The position numbers and the translations under genes were made by a program. A DNA stretch of 64,000 nt, taken from assembly GCA_030704615.1 (NCBI GenBank), contig CM060732.1, positions 68,572,001 to 68,636,000 of the forward strand, given 5' to 3'. Below are positions 50,801 through 63,162 of this stretch, one piece after another. The notes under the pieces were generated by a model. The model did not search any database and was not told where the DNA came from. It was given only the letters and a program-made list of their open reading frames with translations. This DNA comes from Takakia lepidozioides. Lineage: Eukaryota > Plantae > Bryophyta. The first letter of the stretch is position 1. Every line of letters starts with the position of its first letter.

Positions 50801-51600
50801 ACATTTTCTAGAACTAAAAATTCCTAAGTGACCTGAATCTGTCAAGGCACCTACAGAAATCAGATTTTTGTTAACTCCAGGCACGTAGAGAACATCAGTT
50901 ATCTTTTTTATTGCTCCATTTGAAAGCTGCAGGTTGGCATGGCCTTTGTCTGCCACATTGTGATGTTGTCCCCCAACTGATCTCACGGTGTTTGTATGAG
51001 CTGGTATTACTACGTTCTGTAGCAGGGACTTGTTCCCAGAGATATGTCTACTAGCTCCTGAGTCTACGTACCAATCAGACTCTTTCCCTACGTCCATGGA
51101 AGTTAATGCGACTTCTAGCATATGAGCTAAGTCGGCAATATCATCATCCTCAGGGTCAGAGCCGTCTTGATCACTTTGATCATCTTCAACCATGTTGGCT
51201 TGCTGTGTGGAGCGAATCTTGAGGACTTCCTCATATGGCACAGCGCAGTTTCGAGCCCAGTGGCCGGGCTTGCCGCATCTGTTGCAACAAGATGTGGATT
51301 TATTGATGTGAAAGTTTCCGTGACTAGCCCCTCCTTCCTTTTGATGAAATTTCTTGAACTTCACCCAAAGTGCCTCATCCTCGTCACTGGTCTTCTTGCT
51401 CTTGAGCTCTCGTCGGGATTCTTCATACAACAGCATCCCAGAAAGTTCTTCGAAATCCGTTCTTCTTTGTAAGCAATCACGATTGATTGAGTGTAGTGCT
51501 CGTATGAATCTAGAAGGGCATTCACCATCTCTGAAAGAACATCATTCTCTATGGTCTCTCCAAAACAAGCAAGTTGATTCACCATGCGTCTGCTTCCAAC
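47884..51600 (-). pseudogene. Copia gag-pol (Zn knuckle, protease, integrase, RT, RNase H) with several frameshifts
   Basis: CNRCGKPGHWARNC, WYVDSGASRH, LWHRRLGH, HMDLCGP, RTDRGGEF, LKARLVA, YVDD, TDADW, ADILTK. Frameshifts near 51440, 50160, 49400-49500 and 48972. The gag N-terminus is missing. Confidence 0.92.
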
Positions 51601-51603
51601 AGA

Positions 51604-52590
51604 CATTCACATTTTGCCTCGATTGTTCCACCATTGACTGAGGTCAGAAACGTATTCACTCCAGAGCTTCTCCTCGAGTCTCTGTTATCTATTTTTCGAT
51701 ACTTTCCTGTCGACCACATTGGCAGTAACATGTCAAAATCACTCCCCACCATAGATCCACCAACGAGCTAACTTGCAGAATTCAACATAAAAATTTAGGG
51801 ATGACTCTGATAGCAGGGGAAAACAGGGTGAAATATGTTGAAGAAGGTACATTCAATAGCAGCACCTTGTTCTATGAATTGTGTTGTTGCCGCTGCTGTT
51901 TCCAGTTGACCATCTACCCACTTGTAGCCGTTGTGCTATTGAAAGAGATCATAGGTCTCCAAAGCCTCCATACCATGTCCCTGCTCTGCATACCCTGCAA
52001 GCATCGCGTTCCATGACTCCACATCTCATTCAGCCATAGTGTTGAAAACTCCCTTCACATCCTTAATGCATCCACATTTGGCATACATGTCCACCAGGGC
52101 AGTGTTTAGAATGAGATCTGGTACATTTCCAGCTTTGACGATGTCACCATGGACCTCTTTTCCCTTTTCCAAAGCTCCCAGGCATGCACACACATTGCAA
52201 ACACAAACAAACGTGATGTGGTTGGGCTTCACCCCTTTGCGCATCATTTGCTCATAGGTCTCCAAAGCATTCCTACCACACCCATGCTTGGTAAATCCTG
52301 CCAACATTATATTCCACGTGGTCAAAGATCGTTGAGGCATTCTGTTCAAAACTTGGTGAGCATGCATGATGCTCATGCACTTAACATACATGTTTGACAT
52401 GGGTGCTGAGTAGAAAAACATTTGGCGTGAATCCACTTTGGATAATGTGACAGTGCAGCTGCTTCCATGCTATCCACGCCTCTGTACAAATCATGCATAC
52501 ATCCTTGCCGTGCTGCTAGCAGACGACAAATAACAGCCTAGATTTGTTCTAGGAAACACCCAACTCACCTTATCACCTTATCACACTAGT
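51604..52590 (-). pseudogene. Scrambled second copy of the PDF-PPR gene (intron relic, PPR motifs, PDF halves)
   Basis: PPR motifs at 51960-52436. KWVDGQLETAAA and RLEEKLWSEYVSDLSQWWNNRGK|GTGAAT at 51604-51957. 52455-52590 is homologous to intron 54815-54993. Confidence 0.7.
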
Positions 52591-55500
52591 TCCACAAACG
52601 TGATGTGGTTGGGCTTCACCCCTTCGCACATCATTTGCTCATAGGTCTCCAAAGCCTCCATCCCGCGCCCTTGCTGTGCATATCCTGCAATCATCGCACT
52701 CCACGATACCACATCTTGTTCAGCCATGGTGTCGAACACTCTTGTTGCATCCTCAATGCACCCACATTTTGCATACATGCCCACCAGGGTATTGTTCAAA
52801 ATGACATTTGGTACAATTCCAGCCGTGACGATGTCGCCATGGACCTCTTTGCAAGCCCTTTTCCAGAGCTGCCAGGGTTGTGTTCAGAATGACATTTGGT
52901 ACAATTCCAGCTTTGATGATGTCACAATGCAGCTCTTTGCCCTTTCCCAGGGCTCACAGGCTTGCACAAGCATTGCAAGTGCACACAAACGTGATGTGGT
53001 CGGGTTTCACCCCTTCGCACATCATTTGCTCATACGTCTCCAAAGCCTCCATCACGCGCCCCCGCTGTGCATTCCCTGCGAGCAACGCACTCCACGACAC
53101 CACATTTTACTCAGCCATATTGTTGAACACTCCCTTTGCATCCTCGATGCTCCCACATTTGGCATACATGTCCACTAGCTTTGAATCTCTATTTTTCCTA
53201 TGACGCCAATTAATGTCTCGATCTTCCACTTCAGCAGGTGAAGCCCAGTGATTGGGGGAATCACCAGTTGACTAGAGGTCTAGATGCCCAACATGCTTGT
53301 TCACCCTGCCTCTTGTAAAGTAATCCAAGGTGCCCCCATTCGACGTCAAATGTAGAGAAAATGGCAGCCCCTTGTTCCTCAGAGCATCTGCATATTGTGC
53401 CCAACAAGACCCCCCACAATTTGTGCCCTTCAACCATTAAGTCAAAGAAAATATTGGCCATTGCTCATTTAACACAAATGTGTTTGTTATCAAAGACTAA
53501 AGCACATCGAGCCTTCCAGATGTGCCACAACCCCAGACCTCGAAGCGCATGCCAAACTTGACAAGACTGCCAGGGAACATCAACAGAGATATTAAGTAAC
53601 ATAATAAGAGGATCCCTGCAATCATAAATCCGCCAGTTCATGTACAAGGTATGAACTTTGGACCAAATTGAGGCCGCAAAGGGACAAGTCAAGAAGCAGT
53701 GCTGAAAGGTTTCAATTTTCCCCAAAGAACAAGACCTGCACACATTGTTAGACCGGGCTGAGAAAAGGATAAAGGAAGAATCTTGTTGCATAGCTCAGGA
53801 TCACATCTGGTACGATTCTAGCTCTGACGATGTCGCCATGCACCTCTTTGCCCTTTTCCAGGGCTGCCAGGCTTGCACACGCACTGCAAACGCACACAAA
53901 TGTGATGTGGTCGGGCTTCATCTCTTCACACATCATTTGCTCATATGTATCCAAAGCCTCCATCCCGCGCCCCTGCTGTGCATACCTTGCGAGCATCGCA
54001 CTCCACGACACCACATTTCGTTCAGCCATATTGTTGAACACTCCCTTTGCATCCTCGATGCTCCCACATTTGGCATACATGTCCACCAGGGCAGTGTTCA
54101 GGATCACATCTGGTCCTCATCTGGTACGACTCCAGCTCTGACGATGTCACCATGCACCTCTTTGCCCTTTTCCAGGGCTGCTAGGCTTGCACACGCACTG
54201 CAAACACACACAAACGTGATGTGGTCGGGCTTCACCCCTTCCCCCATCATTTGCTCATAGGTCTCCAAAGCATTCCTACCACACCCATGCTTGGTAAATC
54301 CTCCCAACATTATATTCCACATGATCAAAGATCGTTGAGGCATTCTATAGAACACTTGGTGAGCATCCATGATGCTCCCGCACTTAACATACATGTTGAC
54401 AAGGGTGTTGAGGAGAATAACATTTGGCGTGAATCCACTTTGGATAATGTGAGTTTGCACCTGCTTTTCAGCTTCCAGGCCTTTCACCTTGATGCACTTA
54501 TGCAAGAGACAAACATACGTATCTGAATATGCTGAAATGCCTCCTTGGTTTAAAGTCTGTAGAGCCTCTGTCAGTCTGCCTGCCTCACAAAGCATCTTCA
54601 CATGCCCATAAGTGCCAGAAGAAGCATTGTGGACTCCCTCTCTTGATCCGCTTCCAGAAGCTGTGGTCACGGTTGAGGTGCCTGGTTTTATCAATTGTGC
54701 CGCTGCAGCTGCTGCCTTCAGTTGACCATCTACCCATGCAGGTTTCTTGTGGCTATTGATCCACAGGGAATCATAGGTAATCTTGTGCTTGAAATCTGGC
54801 CCTCTTGGAAGACTCTGTACCCACTCTCTATCCCTGCTCCTTCAGCTATCCATGCGTCTGCACAAATCATGCATTCATCCTTGTCTTGCTGCTAGCAGCT
54901 GACAATAACAACCTAGACACCCAACTTAGCTTATGACCCTAGTTCCTATGCTGAATTGCGTCTGCTACTCTTTATAATCTAACAGGCATTCACCTTTTTG
55001 CCTCGATTGTCTCACCATTGACTGGGGTCACAAAAGTATCCATTCCACAGCTTCTCCTCATCTCTATTACATACTTTCCTGTTGTCACATTGGCAGTATC
55101 ATGTCAAACTCACTCCTAACTAGATTCACTCAACCACCTAACTTGCAGAATTCAACATGGAAATTTAGGGCCGATTCTGATAAGAGGGAAAAACAGGGTG
55201 AAATGTGTTGAAGGAGGTGCCTTCAATAGAAGTGCCTGACTCTATCAATTGTGCCGTTGCTGCTGCCGCTTCCAGTTGACCATCTACCCATGTAGGTTTA
55301 TTGTAGCTATCCTTCCACAGGGAATCATAGGTAATGTGGAGCTTGAAATCCAGCCCTCTTGGATGAATCTGGACCCACACTCTATCCCTGCTCCTTCAGC
55401 TATCCATGCCTCTGACAGCCTAGAATTCTACTAGCAAACACCCCAACCATACTGGTGTGGAGTTCTTCCCCAAAACACCCCAACCCTACTTATCACAATC

Positions 55501-55896
55501 TGAAATGCATCTCTGTAATCCAACAAACATTCACCTTTTTGTCTCCATTGTCCCACCATTGACTGGGGTCGGAAAGTGTTCACCCCAAAGCTTCTCCTCA
55601 CCTCTATTGTATGTTTTTGGATACTTCCCTACTGCCAGTTTGGCAATAACTTGCCAAAGTCACTCCAAACCACCACAGATCCACCCAACGACCTAACTTA
55701 CAGAATTCAATATGCATCTTGCGGCCGAGTCTGATGAGAGGGCAACACAGGCTGAAATAGGTTGAAGAAGAAGGTGCCCTCACCACATTGTCCTTGACCT
55801 CGTATCCTGACCCATGGAGGATTTGACCGACCATCAACCCAAAATGACCTCTTGTGTGTGCTGCTTGTGTCTATAGTCAGGTAATGTCGGATTGGT
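52590..55896 (-). pseudogene. PLS-class PPR gene with N-terminal tandem OSB-type PDF motifs
   Basis: Exons 55896-55535, 55368-54994 and 54814 onward. PDF motifs NPTLPDYRHK, HPRGLDFKLH and LPRGPDFKHK lead in frame into ORF 54104-54694 and P-L-S triplets (VVSWSAMLA.YAQ.G, PDHITFVCVCSACASLAALEKGKEVH, NTALVDMYAKCGSIEDA). Stops and frameshifts present; no E/DYW domain seen. Confidence 0.82.
53180..53790 (-). mobile_element. 3' fragment of a plant L1-type LINE (zf-RVT) inserted in the PPR array
   Basis: CRSC..ETFQHCFLTCPFAASIW...LWHIWKARCALVF. Interrupts one PPR S-motif; TAGCT occurs at both junctions. Confidence 0.8.
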
Positions 55897-55926
55897 CTAT
55901 GAAATCGAACCACTACAGTGCAGCTG

Positions 55927-58900
55927 TGTCGCGGCCCTTTGCCTTGAGAGCAGGGGGTCGGGACACATGAGGGGCTGCCCCTGTGGTGGGGGTAGCGGCA
56001 GCGATAGGTATGGGGGGCTGAAGCACCCTTGAGTGCCCAAGGCACTCAGGGAAGCGGAGGCGCTCACTAGGTGGAGCCCCGCACACCGGGTTGCGGTGGG
56101 GGTGGCTCCACAAGGGGTGGTGGTAGCTTAGCGGGACTTAGTGGGGGTGGCATAGGACTCACCATGGGAGCGGAGACCTCGTGGTGGGAGTCGTGGGGAG
56201 TCTTGGGACTCATCGCGGTCCATAGGGGCCGTGGTGAGCGGGCCAAGACTCACCGCGACTCATCACCGGGAGTCGAGGGTTTTCGTGGTGGTTCGCCATA
56301 AAATGGCATGGCTGGTTGTGAAACCCCCGCGGACACCTATATAAGTATATATAGGGAGTAGTAACCCCGAGAACGGTGCAAGCCCGTTGGTGACCAAAAA
56401 CTAGTGAGTAAGCGAGCGAGCCGGAAAGCGACCAAAGAGTGGGGAGCTGTTCCGGACTGCCATCTACCAAAGGGAATTCTCCTAGTCCCAAATAGGTGGA
56501 GGGTTTAGTGGGAAGCAAAGGGGGACCGTTATGTCCCGATGAGCAGCCAAAGCTCCAAGTTGGCCCGGGCGGCCAGGTTGGGAGTCAGGCGCGCGCATCA
56601 AAGCGAGTAACTATGACTTGAAGGGGAGCTTACCGAAGTGAGGTGCGCGACACTTGGTATCAGAGCTTAGAGTTCAGTACGTGATCGTCCTTGGGATTGG
56701 CCTCATCATGGGGTCGGGCAAGCCAAAGCGAAAGCGGAACGGCCCAAAAGATGATGATCTTGGTGAGCCTGATGGGGGCGACGTGTCACCGAAGCGGCCG
56801 TTTGAGGAAGCGACGCAGGTTTCTGAAAGCGAGGCTGCTCAAGAGCGGGAGGAATCCGAGGAGTCGGAGCCCAAGGAATCCGTGAGAGCTCCGACCGACC
56901 AACAGATGCCTCCCATGCCGGCAGCCTTTTGGGAAGGGTTGTTGGCGCAGTTTGGCGGGACGTTGAAAGACGTGTTGAAGGCAGCTAATGCCACTTCCAC
57001 TAAGGCAAAGTTTAAGGTGAAGCCTAAGGAACCCGGCACCTTCGAGGGCGTCCGAAATCGGAAGGCACTCAACACCTGGCTCCTGGAGCTAGAGCAGTAC
57101 TTCCGGGCGGCCAAGTTGAGTGACGAGGATCGGGTGGAAGTGGCTCCCACCTATTTGAGGGGCTATGCTCAACAATGGTGGCAGAAACGCCTTCACGACC
57201 AAGGCCCAAGCCCGGAAACCTTGAACTGGAGTGGGTTCAAGGAATTGATGAAGAGACAGTTTGTGCCCCTCAACGCGTCCTGGCTCGCCCAGGACAAGAT
57301 GAGGAATTTGAAGCAAACAGATGACATTCGGGGATATGTCCAGGCTTTCAATGTGCTGTTGCTCGAAGTTGCGGACATGGCAGAACCAGAAATGGTCTTC
57401 AACTTTGTGGCGGGACTAGCCCCATGGGCCAGGCGGAAGTTGGAGGAGAAGCCACCCAAGACTTTGAATGAGGCTATTGAGAGGGCTGAATGTTTCTCAG
57501 ATGTCCCTAGGGGTGAAAGACAAGGCCGTACGGAGCTAAACCACAAGAAGATTCGGCGGGAAGGTGACTCCTTCCGACCGGAAAAGAAGTGGGATAGGCC
57601 ACGCGGCGAAAATGGCACGTGGAAATCGAAGGGAGGGCCTTCACATGTCAAGGCGGCACCCGATGCTTCGAAAGGAAAAGCGGGTGGAGCGGCTTATGGC
57701 GGACAGAAGGCGACCTTTGATGGAGTGTGTTTCAATTGCGGGGAGCCCGGGCACATGGCCAAGAAGTGCACAAAGCCCCGGCAATTGAACATGACTCGAG
57801 CGACCACAGAGCTGTCGGAAGATACCATCAGTCGCTTGGTGGAAGCGGTGGTCGCCAGGACTTGCAAGGTAGGCAAATTTTCTTGTGAGTTGTATCAGGA
57901 AACTGGCGCCTTACGAAAAGGGAGTCAGTTATTGTTCGTGGATGGGATAATATCCGGAACTAATGTGTCGTTGTTGGTGGACACAGGAGCGTCGCACTCC
58001 TTCATGACACCGGCAACGACACAAAAGCTGGGACTCCCGACAAGTGACGTGGGGGCCTCTATTGAGGTGCGTTCTGCCAAAGGAGAACCACATTTGGCGA
58101 CAAGGTTGGCGTTTGATGTTCCTCTTCAACTGGGGAGTTGGGAGGGACGTGAGAACTTCACCATCTGCGAGATCGATGGAGTGGATCTCATTTTGGGGAT
58201 GACCTTTTTGAGCAAATCCGGAGCGGTCATAGATGGCCGCAAGAGAGTAGTCACGCTGCCATGTGGGAATGGTGGCGAGGTTTTACGAGTGTCGGAAACG
58301 CCCAAATCCGTGGGAGGGCGAATAAACCTTCTGTCAGCAAGGGAGTGGGCCGTGGAGGAGGCACACGAGCCCCAGTTTTTGCTTTACATTAGAGAAGTGA
58401 AGGGAGAAGGCGATGGGGAGCCGAGCCCAGATTGGATCAAGGGGATCTTGGAGAAATACCAGGATGTGATGTCGGAGGATTTACCAAGCGGCTTGCCACC
58501 GCGAAGAGGAGTTGACCACAAGATTGAGGTGATACCGGGATCGGAACCGCCTGCCAAGGCACCCTACCGGTTGAGCCACAGAGAGTTGGTCGAGCTGAAG
58601 ACTCAGCTCAAGGATCTAATGTCAAAGGGGTACATCCGGCCGAGTAAGTCACCTTACGGAGCCCCGGTGCTATTCGCAGACAAGAAGGATGGGACGCTGC
58701 GGATGTGTGTCGATTACAGGGCTTTGAATAAGGTGACTATTAAAAACCGGTACCCTTTGCCAAGGATCGACGACCTTTTCGACCGGTTGGCAGGAGCAAA
58801 GTATTTCAGCCGGATCGACTTGCGCTCCGGCTATCATCAAATTCGGGTGGCGGAAGGAGATGAGGAGAAGACCGCGTGCATGACAAGGTATGGTTCATAT

Positions 58901-61900
58901 GAGTTCTTGGTGATGCCTTTTGGGCTCACTAATGCACCGGCGACCTTTAGCACGCTGATGAACAGCCTTTTTCAGGAGTGGTTGGATGATTTTGTGATCG
59001 TGTACATCGACGACATCTTAGTGTACTCGAAAACAAAGGAGGAACACCTGGAGCACCTCAAAAGGGTGTTCCAAAAGTTGCGAGAAGGGAAGCTGTATGC
59101 CAAAGCTTCAAAGTGCAAATTCGGGGTCACGAAAGTGGAGTTCTTGGGGCATGTGATTACACAGGATGGGATCAAAATGGATGACAGAAAGGTGAGGGCG
59201 ATCTTGGACTGGGAGCCTCCGACTTCGGTCCCGGGAGTGCGTTCCTTCCTAGGACTCGCCTCCTATTACCGGAAGTATGTGAGAAATTTTGCCAAGATCG
59301 CGGGGCCGCTGTCAGACCTTCTGTGTAAATCTAAAGTCTGGGCATGGAACACCTTTTGTGGCCAAGTTTTTGCTGAATTGAAGCAGCGGATGGCGGAAGC
59401 TCCAGTCTTGAAAATCCCGGAGTTCGATCGTCCATTTGAGATTCATACAGATGCGTTGGACTTCGCGATTGGGGGTGTACTTATGCAAGATGAACGTCCA
59501 GTGGCTTACGAAAGTAAGAAGCTGAATGAAGTGGAGCGACGGTGGCCGACGCACGAAAAAGAGATGAAGGCGGTGGTGCACTGTCTTGAGCTTTGGTGCC
59601 ACTATGTTGGTTCCAAACCCAGTGAAGGTGTTCACGGACAATGTCACGGTGAAGTATTTTGCCACGCAGCCCAAGTTGTCCCCAAAACAACTTAGGTGGC
59701 AAGATACTTTGGCGGTGTTCGACGTGGATATCCAGTACAAACCGGGACGAGACAACGTGGTGGCCGATGCTTTAAGTAGAAAGCAGCAGCTCTTGTTGGT
59801 GTACAAGGGCGAGACGGCGCTCCAAAGGAAGATCCGGAAGGCTTGCCGGAAGGATGAGCTAGCGAAGTCCGTGATGCAGGACTTGAGGATGGGGGTTAAA
59901 TCGCAGTTCCACTTGCAAAATGGACTGCTCCGGTATAAGCAAAAGCGCCTCTACGTGCCAAAGGGAGGGATCAGAGACATCCTCTTGAGAGAATGCCATG
60001 ATAGCCCACTTGCGGGCCACGGCGGAGCCAAGCGCACTGCGGCACTCTTGAAGAAAGAGTATTTCTGGCCCAAACTGAGGGAGGAGGCAGAGGAGTATGT
60101 CAAGACATGCACCACATGCCAACAAAACCGAAGCGAGTACAAAAAGCAAGCGGGGCTGTTACAACCCTTGCCGATTCCAGAGGGGACTTGGGAAAGCGTC
60201 TCGATGGATTTCATGACTGCTATGCCGCTGTCAAAAGGATTCGATGCAATCAAGGTGGTGGTGGATAGGTTTAGTAAAGTGGGCCATTTCATCCCCACCA
60301 AAGAGACGGCAACGGCGCAGGAGACAAGGCGACTTTACTTCGCCCACGTCTTAAAGCATCATGGAGTCCCGAAGGATATTGTCTCGGACCGCGATCCAAA
60401 GTTTACGAGTAAATTCTGGAGAGCACTTTGGAAGAAGATGGGGACGAGGCTGAAGATGAGCACCGCCTTCCGACCTACGACTGACGGCCAAATAGAAAGA
60501 GTGAATTCCGTAGTGAAGCAGATCTTGCGGAATTACGTGTCGGCAGACCAAACAGACTGGGTGGAACACTTAGACGCGACAGAGTTCTGTTATAATAACA
60601 CAGAACACTCCGCAACGGGAGTTTCCCCTTTCGTATTGGTCTATGGAAAAGCACCTCTGGTGCCGACAAGTTGGGCCGCCCAGGACGTTGAGGAACCGGC
60701 AGTAGCGGCGGTACTGGAAGAACGCGAGCGTTTGTTGAAGCTCGCAAAGTACAACATTGCCAAAACTGGGAAACGGTATGAAAGGCAGGCGAATCGAAAG
60801 CGGAGGGAAGTGAAGTTTGAGGCAGGCACGGAGGTCTGGTTGAACCTCAAGAATTTCCGACTACCTCCGGAAGTGAGTCCGAAGTCCGTACCTCCGTATG
60901 CGGGTCCCTTTCGCATTCGGAAGGTTATGAATGAGGATGTGTATGAATTGGAGCTGCCGGCAAACAGCAAGGTGCACCCAGTATTCCATGTCTCCCTTTT
61001 GAAGCCTTACTTCAAAGATGAAGCACGTCCGAATCGGCATCAAGTGTTGCGTCCGCCACCTATGCTGTTGGATCATGAAAATGAACCTGAGTACGAGGTG
61101 GAGGCAATACTTAAGTCGAGGAGGTTCAAGAACCGAGAAACGGAGTATCTCGTCAAATGGAAGGGCTATCATCATGTGGAGGCATCTTGGGTGCATGCCT
61201 CAGAAATGGGAAACGCATCCGAGGCGGTTGCAGCTTTCGAAGGGCGACCTCAAAGCGGAAGAAGCGTTGATGGGGACATCAACCTTGGAGCGTGGGGGAG
61301 GAAATGCATGCTTAGCCCGGCTTAGGTAGCTTAGGGATCCGATTACAAAAACTTGTATTGTACAAAAAATTTGTTATAAAGGAAATGGGCTCCAAATGTT
61401 GTGCGTCCTATTTTGTTTGGAATGGTGATGCATGTTATGGTTGGCTAGTGTGTAGAATGCATGCTAGCTTATAAAAGTGGGAGAGGTAAATTGGGTTAAT
61501 CGTGTGTTTGCGTAGTGCCGAAATCGGGTGACCCCCATCCAAGGGGCAAGGGAACTTGCGCCTTTCTTAAAAAGAGTGCACTGGGAGGAGCTGGAGGGGC
61601 TCCACCCTTGGCCGGGACTTGGAGGAAGTCGGCCGAACTAGCTAGTGGAGAGTAGAGTCAGGTGTGGGGTTTGGTTCTTTGTCATGGGACGCCATGGTAC
61701 GGAAACAAACTCCTTGATGTGGGACGCCACAACTTGGATGTTCGTTTCTACAAAATGGACAAGTCGATGAGGACATCAACTCCCTGTTGGTAGGGGTGTG
61801 TGTCGCGGCCCTTTGCCTTGAGGGCAGGGGGTCGGGACACATGAGGGGCTGCCCCTGTGGTGGGGGCAATGGCAGCGATAGGTATGGGGGGCTGAAGCAC

Positions 61901-62526
61901 CCTTGAGTGCCCAAGGCACTCAGGGAAGCGGAGGCGCTCAATAGGTGGAGCCCCGCACACCGGGTTGCGGTGGGGGTGGCTCCACAAGGGGGGGTGGTAG
62001 CTTAGCGGGACTTAGTGGGGGTGGCATAGGACTCACCATGGGAGCGGAGACCTCGTGGTGGGAGTCGTGGGGAGTCTTGGGACTCATCGCGGTCCATAGG
62101 GGCCTTGGTGAGCGGGCCAAGACTCACCGCGACTCATCACCGGGAGTCGAGGGTTTTCGTGGTGGTTCGCCATAAAATGGCATGGCTGGTTGTGAAACCC
62201 CCGCGGACACCTACAGAAGTATATATAGGGAGTAGTAACCCCGAGAACGGTGCAAGCCCGTTGGTGACCAAAAACTAGTGAGTAAACGAACGAGCCGGAA
62301 AGCGACCAAAGAGTGGGGAGCTGTTCCGGACTGCCATCTACCAAAGGGAATTCTCCTAGTCCCAAATAGGTGGAGGGTTTAGTGGGAAGCGAAGGGGGAC
62401 CGTTATGTCCCGGTGAGCAGCCGAAGCTCCAAGTTGGCCCGGGCGGCCAGGTTGGGAGTCAGGCGCGCGCATCAAAGCGAGTAACTATGACTTGAAGGGG
62501 AGCTTACCGAAGTGAGGTGCGCGACA
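55927..62526 (+). mobile_element. Near-intact Ty3/Gypsy chromovirus
   Basis: 726-bp LTRs at 55927-56652 and 61801-62526 (~14 differences by eye). TSD AGCTG. PBS TGGTATCAGAGC at 56655-56666. Confidence 0.96.
56708..61325 (+). CDS. Chromovirus gag-pol polyprotein with a C-terminal chromodomain; one +1 frameshift near 59620
   Basis: Gag, [28 protein letters not shown], RNase H, integrase ([15 protein letters not shown]), GPF motif, chromodomain EYEVEAIL...YLVKWKGY. An extra C in AAACCCAGTG joins ORFs 56654-59695 and 59586-61325. Confidence 0.92.
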
Positions 62527-62619
62527 AGCTGAGTAGGTAGAGATTGAAACATGCCTACTAAGACCAAGCTGACTCTCCCAAGAACGGCGAGCTTGCTTCT
62601 CCTCGTCTTGTCTCCTCCT

Positions 62620-62700
62620 CCTCTTCTCCTTCCTGCATCATTTGCTCAACACCTCCATCCCAGGCCCCTGCATATCCTGCTATCATCGCGTTCCATCCCT
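62620..62700 (-). pseudogene. Degenerate PPR motif fragment
   Basis: WNAMIAGYA...EQMMQEG on the minus strand. Confidence 0.55.
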
Positions 62701-62759
62701 CGGCTAAGTGGTGTGGTGCAGGAGACAAAACACCAAGTCCCAGCCCTCCTCTCTGTTCA

Positions 62760-63162
62760 CGATTACCCTAATGGACAACCTTATTAGCAACTTTTTAACC
62801 TTTTTAAACCTAATGGGCAACCTTATTAGCATTATATGTGCCTTCAAAATGACACATGTAGTGATGTAGTCATATAAATAGAGTTGTGAAACCATCTTCA
62901 ATCATGGAGTCATAAGATTCCATGAAACGTTGTCCACGTGTAGTCAAACAAAACACTAGTAATATAAACCATCCCTGTCATCATGGTCAACAATGTTTGA
63001 CCAATGCTCCCTAACTTTCCAGAGTCATGTAGTGATATCCATTACTACAGAGTCATAAAACTATGACTGCAACGCATTTCAACACTCTGTAGTCGTCTGC
63101 CTAGTGCAGTTTTTATGACTCCGCCAAAGCCGTAGTCCTAAAAACGCTCATCTCTTGTAGTG
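62760..63162. mobile_element. Single end of a CACTA element inside the Copia 5' leader
   Basis: Ends ...CATCTCTTGTAGTG (reverse complement CACTACAAGAG) with repeated GTAGTC/GAGTCAT subterminal motifs. No partner TIR in the window. Confidence 0.65.

Noticed and set aside
55707-56518. Short ORFs in LTRs (also at 29.5, 43.4 and 61.7-62.3 kb)
   Set aside because: GC-rich LTR sequence repeated in each copy with no protein motifs. Only the part left of 55896 is coding (PDF exon).
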